Below are positions 58,273-64,000 of a DNA stretch of 64,000 bases, in pieces. This DNA comes from Kofleriaceae bacterium. GTDB taxonomy: Bacteria; Myxococcota_A; Polyangia; Haliangiales; Haliangiaceae. How positions within the stretch are numbered: position 1 is the first letter of the stretch; every line of letters begins with the position of its first letter. The notes under the pieces were generated by a model. The model was given only the letters and a program-made list of their open reading frames with translations. It searched no databases and was not told where the DNA came from. The translations under genes and the position numbers were made by a program. The stretch covers positions 82,150 through 146,149 of the forward strand of contig JBKJLC010000037.1 of NCBI GenBank assembly GCA_046597055.1, given 5' to 3'.

Positions 58273-58527
58273 ATGTGGAACAACATCAAGGGATTTCTCT
58301 CGGGCAAGTCGAGCCGTGAGGTGGCCAAGGGCCGGCTTCACCTCGTGCTCGCTCACGACCGCACCGGACTCGAGGGCGGACGGCTGCAGGAGATGCGCAA
58401 CGAGATCGCCGCGGTGATCGCGAAGTACGTACCAATCGACGCCGACGCAGTCGAGATCCAGATCGAGACACGAAGCCGCGAGAGCCAGCTCACCGTCTCG
58501 AGCCGGATCCAGCCACGCAACGCATGA
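58273..58527 (+). CDS. minE: Cell division topological specificity factor MinE
   Basis: SREVAKGRLHLVLAHDR, EIAAVIAKYV; AGGAG RBS. Confidence 0.92.
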   Translation: MWNNIKGFLSGKSSREVAKGRLHLVLAHDRTGLEGGRLQEMRNEIAAVIAKYVPIDADAVEIQIETRSRESQLTVSSRIQPRNA

Positions 58528-58544
58528 CGAGGTAAGCTCGGCGC

Positions 58545-58706
58545 ATGTGCATCATCTGCGTCGAGCTCGCGAAGCAAGCGATGTCCCCGCTGGAGGCGCG
58601 CCGCGCGCTTCGCGAGATGAGCGGCAAGCTCGACCAGGCGCATGTCGCCGAGGTCGAGGCGAAGCTTCAGCAGGCCGAGCAGGCCGCGAAGCCAGCCACG
58701 CCATAG
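58545..58706 (+). CDS. Small CxxC protein (53 aa), absent from the ORF track
   Basis: MCIICVELAKQAMSPLEARRALREM...; TAAGCT hexamer 6 nt before ATG; coding-like codons. Confidence 0.6.
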   Translation: MCIICVELAKQAMSPLEARRALREMSGKLDQAHVAEVEAKLQQAEQAAKPATP

Positions 58707-58862
58707 CCGATCAGCCGCCGCTGACGTATCCCGAAGCCAAGGGCTACGACGCCGTCGTGCGGGCGGCGGTTCGGCCCGCGGGCGGCTGCCCTGGTGGACG
58801 TGAGCGCACGATGAGCGCCGCTCGGGACACCATCCGCGGCGCGCGACTGTATGATGCGCGCA

Positions 58863-59831
58863 ATGGCAGCTACTCCGAATCCCGAGCGATTGCTGTCGGT
58901 GATCGAGCTCCAGAACGCGATCGCCGCGGCCGGGCTCAACGCAGACGAGGTCATGAGCATCGTCGTGGAGCGGGCCGCAGCGATGACCGGCGCGACCGGT
59001 AGCGTCGTCGCGATCGTCGAGGGCGACGAGCTGGTGTACCGCGCGACTGGACGGCCGACGAACCTGGCGACCGGGACGCGGCTGCCGAAGGCGACGAGCA
59101 TTCCGGGGCGCTGCGTGTCGGAGCGGATTCCGCTGCGGATCGATGATGCCTCGAAGGACGACCGGGCCGATCCCGACACGATCCAGCGAACCGGCGCGGG
59201 TTCGATCCTGTGCGTGCCGCTGCTCTACGGCGAGAGTGCGGTCGGCGTGCTCGAGGTGGTGTCGTCGCGCACGAGCGCGTTTGGCGACGAAGACGTCGAG
59301 AGCCTGCGGCTGCTCGCGCAGATCATCGCGATCGCCCTGCACCGCGCGTACACGTATCCGCGGCCGCGCTACGACAGCGACCACGACGCGCTCACCGGGC
59401 TCGGCAACCGCCGCGCGTTTGATGAGCGGATCCAGGCCGAGCTGACGCGCAACCGCCGCTACGGTCACTCGTTCAGCCTCGCGGTCGTCGACCTCGAGGG
59501 ACTCGAGACGGCGGTCGATCGGTTCGGTCAGGCCACGGGCGACGAGGCGCTGCGCGAGGTCGCCACGATCCTCAAGCTGAACACGCGCGCGATCGATGCC
59601 GGGTTCCGCGTCGGACCCGATGACTTCGCGATCGTCATGCCGGGCACCTCGCTCGAGGGCGCGCGGATCGTGGTCGAGCGGTTCCGCAGCCACATCCGCG
59701 ACGCGAAGCTGTGCGCGGGCGGGCTTGGCTCGGCGATCGGCGTGGTCGAGGCGACCGACGAGACGGCCGATGCACTCTCGACCCGCGCGCTCGCCGCGGT
59801 CGGCGCGGACAGGCAAGCGCAACGAGCCTGA
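58863..59831 (+). CDS. GAF-GGDEF protein with degenerate active site
   Basis: GAF (SILCVPL..VGVLEV); DALTGLGNRRAF; RVGPDDF in place of RxGGDEF. Confidence 0.85.
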   Translation: MAATPNPERLLSVIELQNAIAAAGLNADEVMSIVVERAAAMTGATGSVVAIVEGDELVYRATGRPTNLATGTRLPKATSIPGRCVSERIPLRIDDASKDDRADPDTIQRTGAGSILCVPLLYGESAVGVLEVVSSRTSAFGDEDVESLRLLAQIIAIALHRAYTYPRPRYDSDHDALTGLGNRRAFDERIQAELTRNRRYGHSFSLAVVDLEGLETAVDRFGQATGDEALREVATILKLNTRAIDAGFRVGPDDFAIVMPGTSLEGARIVVERFRSHIRDAKLCAGGLGSAIGVVEATDETADALSTRALAAVGADRQAQRA

Positions 59832-60000
59832 GCCGATCGATCGCGTTCGTGTCCGGCGAAGCAAGGACGCGAACCACCCTACGGCGAAGGAACCCCCTGG
59901 GGAGCCTGAGCCGATCGATCGCGTTCGTGTCCGGCGACGCAAGGACGCGAACCACCCTGCGGCGAAGCAACCCCCTGGGGAGCCTGCGCCGATCGATCGC
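59824..60000. repeat. 78-bp tandem repeat (2 full units plus a partial) between convergent genes
   Basis: Units start at 59824, 59902, 59980; internal stem GTTCGTGTCC / GGACGCGAAC. Confidence 0.9.
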
Positions 60001-60909
60001 TCAGGGCGTTCGCGGCACGACCATGATCGCCGGCAGGTGATCGCTGACGATCGTGCGGTACGACTGGGTCATGAGGTCGAGGCGTGGCGCGTCGATCCGG
60101 GACCCGGGCCAGGTGAGGTCGAGCGCGGCGCTGGTCGTGATGTGATCGATGAACGAGCCGCCGAACCCGAGGTAGGTCACCGCGCCGGCGAGCGCAGGAG
60201 GCTCGGTGCGGATGGTGTAGCGATCCGGTGCGGTGAGTAGGGGGGCGAGGATCGCGCGGTCGGACTCGCTCGTGACGCGCTCGTTGTAGTCGCCAAGCAC
60301 CACGAACTCGGGCTCGCCGCCGGCATCGACCTGCTGGCGGAGGAACGTATCGAGGATCACGACCGCCTCGCGCCGGCGCTCCGCATCGGCGTCGGTGACG
60401 CCGGCCTTCAGGTGGATCCCGATGACCTGCACGGTGTCGCCATCGACGGTGACCGGCAGCGCGAACGCTGGCCGCGGAAACGCGAAGCTCTGGGGGAACA
60501 GCAGCTCGGGGGTACCGACGCTCGCGATCGACGCCCGGTAGATGACGCCGATCTTCTGGTAGTCGTCTGGCCCGTACTGATGGCTCGACAGCGAGCCCTC
60601 GTGCTCGGGGAGACGCGCGAGCAGCTCGTCCCACGCGGTCTCGCTCGCGATCTCCTCGACGACGACGACGTCGAGATCGAGGCTCGTGATCAGATCCGCG
60701 ACGAGCTGTGCCGAGTTGCCGGTCGACGGGAAGTTGTGCAGGTTCCACGTCGCGATCTCGAACGTGTCCGCGCTGCCGATCGCGGGCACGACATCGGAGC
60801 GCGGCGGCGGGTAGGGGTTCGCGGGGTCAGCATCCGCGGCCGGTTCCGGCCCGCGCTCGACCGTGCACGCCGGGAGCGCGATCAAGGCCACCACGAGCGC
60901 GCATCGCAT
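60001..60909 (-). CDS. Endonuclease/exonuclease/phosphatase family lipoprotein
   Basis: LPAC lipobox; ATWNL, VEE, HLKA, LGDYN, IDHI, SDHLP. Confidence 0.88.
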   Translation of the reverse strand: MRCALVVALIALPACTVERGPEPAADADPANPYPPPRSDVVPAIGSADTFEIATWNLHNFPSTGNSAQLVADLITSLDLDVVVVEEIASETAWDELLARLPEHEGSLSSHQYGPDDYQKIGVIYRASIASVGTPELLFPQSFAFPRPAFALPVTVDGDTVQVIGIHLKAGVTDADAERRREAVVILDTFLRQQVDAGGEPEFVVLGDYNERVTSESDRAILAPLLTAPDRYTIRTEPPALAGAVTYLGFGGSFIDHITTSAALDLTWPGSRIDAPRLDLMTQSYRTIVSDHLPAIMVVPRTP

Positions 60910-61192
60910 ATGGCGCGAAGCGTAGGCAGTTGCGCCGGGGCAGTCCAGCGCGAAACGTGATGCCCCCCAACTTGGTCGCTCGAGCGTGGCGGCCAGCGTG
61001 GCTGCGCTCGCGATGCTCGACCGCAGCCTCTGGTTCGACGGCTGGCGGCTCGAGCCGGCGGTCGTTTGACGCGGCTGCAGAGCGGTCCTGCGCACACTTT
61101 TGCCGCCGGGTTCGCGTTGCCCGTCGCGTTGCCGGTCATCCGGCGCAATCACCGCTGTCAAGCGAGCGGCACCTCGTGGCAGATTCCGGCGC

Positions 61193-62479
61193 ATGCGTCA
61201 GCTCGCGTGCGTCCTAGCCATCGGTCTGTTCGGAGTCCTGCCCGCGAACGCGGAGGAGACCGGCAAGGGGAGCTCGGTAAAGCCGACGATCAGGAAGGTC
61301 GATGTGCCGGTCGCGCCCGAGCCCGCACTCGCCGTCATCGCCGAGCTCGTCGATCACGCGAAGGAGCTGCTGATCGTGGGCGCGTGTGCCGAGGGCAGCT
61401 CCACGAAGGTGAAGCCCGAGATCGTCGCGGCGCACTGCAAGACGGTGCGTGGCTTCCAGGACGAGTACAAGAAGTCGTGGCTCGGCCTCGCGACCGCGTT
61501 CTTCAAGGCGAACATGCCGGCGGGGCTTTCGAAGACAGTGGTCTATCCGTTCGCCGGTGGTGACCTGTCGACCGCGCTCACGGTCTATCCGGACGCGGAC
61601 GAGATCACGACGCTCTCGCTCGAGCCCGCGGGAGATGCACGCGCGCTGGCGCGACTGACCGAGCCGCAGGTCAAGGCGTCGCTCGCGATCGTGGCGACCG
61701 AGCTCGGCGCGCTCTACACCGCGAACTTCAGCAAGACGATGAACATGATCGGCGCCATGCGCAGCGGCCAGCTGCCGACGCAGCTGATCTTCAGCCTGTC
61801 CGCGCTGCGCCTGCATGGCTACGACCCGGTCGGGCTCCGCTATTTCAAGCTCGATGCAGCCGGCGACATCGTCTACCTGACCGAGCGCGACCTCGTGAAG
61901 ATCGATGCGATCAAGGATCCCGGCTCGCACAACCGGTTCCTCGGCAACGTCGAGCTCAAGTTCCGCAAGGTCGGCGGCACGCGTGACCAGGTGTGGCGCC
62001 ACATCATGGCGAACCTCGACAATGCTCACCTCAAGACCGCACCCGCACCGCTGCTCCACCTCAAGAAGAAGGGCCACGTCTCCGGCATGACGAAAGCGGC
62101 GAGCTACCTGCTGTCGTTCGGCGACTTCAGCACGCTGCGCACGTACATCATCGACCACGTCGACTTCATGGTCTCGGACACGACCGGCGTGCCGCCCTCG
62201 TACGGCGTGCCTGCCGGCTTCACGTACGAGACGTGGGGCGACTGGAAGGGCTCGAACATGCCCGCCGGCAACGGCGCGGTGCGCGCGACGTGGATGGGGC
62301 TGTTCGCGAAGCAGGAGCCGAAGCGCGAGCTCGCGTTCCGATTCGGCTACCCGAACAACAAGATGGGAGGCCACCTCGTGGTCATGAAGCGAGGGCCGAA
62401 GCCCGTCGCGCCGGTCGCGAAGCCCGTGCCGGGGAAGCCGGCCCCGGCCAAGCCGACGCCGGCTCCGCCGACGAAGTAG
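61193..62479 (+). CDS. Secreted hypothetical protein
   Basis: Signal peptide (ANA/EE); VVYPFAGGDL, KAASYLL, SDTTGVP, FRFGY; Pro/Lys tail. Confidence 0.85.
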   Translation: MRQLACVLAIGLFGVLPANAEETGKGSSVKPTIRKVDVPVAPEPALAVIAELVDHAKELLIVGACAEGSSTKVKPEIVAAHCKTVRGFQDEYKKSWLGLATAFFKANMPAGLSKTVVYPFAGGDLSTALTVYPDADEITTLSLEPAGDARALARLTEPQVKASLAIVATELGALYTANFSKTMNMIGAMRSGQLPTQLIFSLSALRLHGYDPVGLRYFKLDAAGDIVYLTERDLVKIDAIKDPGSHNRFLGNVELKFRKVGGTRDQVWRHIMANLDNAHLKTAPAPLLHLKKKGHVSGMTKAASYLLSFGDFSTLRTYIIDHVDFMVSDTTGVPPSYGVPAGFTYETWGDWKGSNMPAGNGAVRATWMGLFAKQEPKRELAFRFGYPNNKMGGHLVVMKRGPKPVAPVAKPVPGKPAPAKPTPAPPTK

Positions 62480-62482
62480 TCG

Positions 62483-62962
62483 CTACTTGCCGTCCTTGTC
62501 GAAGTCGCCCGGGAGCGCTCGCTCGATGCGGTCCCACGCGTCGCGGCTCGCGTGCTTGGCCTTATCCCAGCCGAGCCGCGAGGTGCCCTTCGCGGACTCC
62601 CACTTGCTGCCGAGATCCGACTCGACCTCGTCGAACCGCTTGTTCGTCGGATACTGACCGCGAGTCTCCCACCCGTACTTGTACGCGGGCTGGAGCTCCT
62701 CGTACGACGAGTCCTTGCCGTACGGACGCGAGCTGTAGTTCTGCTTCCAGTACCGGTCTTCCGCCTCCGGGTTGATCTGCTCGGCGACTGCGTGGCCGAC
62801 GGCCGCGCCACCTGCCAGTCCAACCACGCCGCCGATGACGGCGCCGACGACGTTACCGACGCCGGGGATGATCGTGCCGAGCGCCGCGCCCGCCGCTGCA
62901 CCCGCGACCGCACCCGCTGCAGTGCCGACCTTGTGATCCTTGTCGTTGTGGTCTTTGTTCAT
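62483..62962 (-). CDS. Glycine-zipper stress-type hypothetical protein
   Basis: GTAAGAVAGAAAGA zipper; EDRYW, PAYKYG, WDKAKHASRDAWDR. Confidence 0.85.
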   Translation of the reverse strand: MNKDHNDKDHKVGTAAGAVAGAAAGAALGTIIPGVGNVVGAVIGGVVGLAGGAAVGHAVAEQINPEAEDRYWKQNYSSRPYGKDSSYEELQPAYKYGWETRGQYPTNKRFDEVESDLGSKWESAKGTSRLGWDKAKHASRDAWDRIERALPGDFDKDGK

Positions 62963-63242
62963 GGTGGCAAACGTGCACTTCCGACCTCCGCCCCGCCAAA
63001 CCTCGCGGCGCGGTCTCACGTGCGCTTCACGAATCAAATCCGGAATTCGCTTGGCATCGTGCCGACCCGCACGTGTGCGAGCTGTCGCGCAGCAAGAACC
63101 GCACGGCGCGACGCTGCCGACCGTGGCGCCGGCTCATCGCGACCCGCGTCCCGTCAGGACCTCGCCCGCTGCACTCGGTGAGCGGGTACCGGGTGGAATG
63201 CGGAGAGTCGACCGCGCGTTCGGTTCGTGGGAGATTCCGGCC

Positions 63243-64000
63243 ATGCGTCTGATGCAGCTCACCTGGGTCGTTGCGTTCGGTCTGTCCGCTGGTTCGGTCG
63301 CGCGCGCCGAAACTCCGGTCGCGCCACAGGACTTCATCGAGGACGCCAAGGCGCTGCTCGTCGTCGGTGCCTGTGCCGAGGGTCCGCCTCCCGCGCAGCT
63401 GAAGCCGCAGGTCTACGCCGCGCACTGCAAGAAGGTCCGTGCGGCGCAGGAGGAGTACAGGAAGTCGTGGATCACGGTCGCGCGCGAGTTCTTCGCCGCG
63501 AAGGTTCCGGCCGGGATCCCGAAGACGGTCGTGTACCCGTTCGCGGGCGGTGACCTGTCGACCGCGTTGACCGTGTATCCCGACGCGGACGAGATCACCA
63601 CGCTGTCGCTCGAGCCGGCAGGTGACGCGCGCGCCCTGTCGCGACTCAGCGAGGCACAGGTCAAGGCGTCGCTCGGCACGGTCGCGACCGAGCTCGCTTC
63701 GCTCTACCAGGCGAACTTCTCGCGCACGATGGCGATGATCGGCGCGATGCGCAGCGGCCAGCTCCCGACGCAGCTGATCTTCAGCCTGTCGGCGCTGTGG
63801 ATCCACGGCTACGAGCCGGTGTCGCTGAAGTACTTCAAGCTCTCGGACACCGGCGACATCCAGTACCTGACCGCCGATGACGTCACGAAAATCGATGCGA
63901 TCAAGAACGTCGCGAAGCACAACAAGGCGCTCGCGAACGTCGAGCTGCGGTTCCGCAAGCAGGGCTCGAAGCGCGAGCAGGTCTATCGCCACATCATGGC
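63243..64000 (+). CDS. Paralog of 61193-62479, 3'-truncated by the window
   Basis: MRLMQLTWVV...; shares KTVVYPFAGGDLSTALTVYPDADEITTLSLEPAGDARAL and GAMRSGQLPTQLIFSLSAL; open to the window end. Confidence 0.9.
   Translation, partial: MRLMQLTWVVAFGLSAGSVARAETPVAPQDFIEDAKALLVVGACAEGPPPAQLKPQVYAAHCKKVRAAQEEYRKSWITVAREFFAAKVPAGIPKTVVYPFAGGDLSTALTVYPDADEITTLSLEPAGDARALSRLSEAQVKASLGTVATELASLYQANFSRTMAMIGAMRSGQLPTQLIFSLSALWIHGYEPVSLKYFKLSDTGDIQYLTADDVTKIDAIKNVAKHNKALANVELRFRKQGSKREQVYRHIM

Noticed and set aside
53436..60000. CRISPR interpretation of the two repeat blocks
   Set aside because: Units are 206 bp and 78 bp with no unique spacers, and no cas genes are in the window.
60980..61070. Short coding-like stretch (AMLDRSLWFDGWRLEPAVV*) as a transposase remnant
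   Set aside because: Too short, and the resemblance too weak to support without a search.

Overview
This is a very GC-rich, gene-dense bacterial window that most resembles Myxococcota (AgmX/PglI-type TonB-C lipoprotein, myxobacterial Ser/Thr kinase, many sigma-54 promoters, Cys-rich lipoproteins); the taxonomy is inferred. No rRNA, tRNA, CRISPR array or intact mobile element was recognised. From left to right: (1) the end of an operon of large hypothetical proteins (1-4232); (2) a low-oxygen/NO stress region (about 5.5-30 kb) built around a protoglobin sensor kinase and an NtrC-type activator, with repeated GG-N10-GC promoters and CGCA-N5-TGCG palindromes upstream of nnrS, cusCBA, USP, hemerythrin and lipid-acyltransferase genes, plus a 203-bp deletion scar of a quinol NO reductase gene; (3) a translationally coupled pair of a eukaryote-type poly(A)-polymerase-like nucleotidyltransferase and a MYG1-like nuclease (34.6-36.5 kb); (4) a compact five-gene meroterpenoid cluster (polyprenyl synthase, UbiA prenyltransferase, HxxxD acyltransferase, methyltransferase, Pyr4/PaxB/XiaE-type cyclase; 40.9-46.1 kb) near a Tat-exported cholesterol oxidase; (5) thrS, REP-like repeats, a Ser/Thr kinase, minCDE, a degenerate GGDEF protein and duplicated secreted proteins. 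Many genes look leaderless from both sigma-54 and sigma-70 promoters. All family calls come from motif recognition by eye, not database searches.
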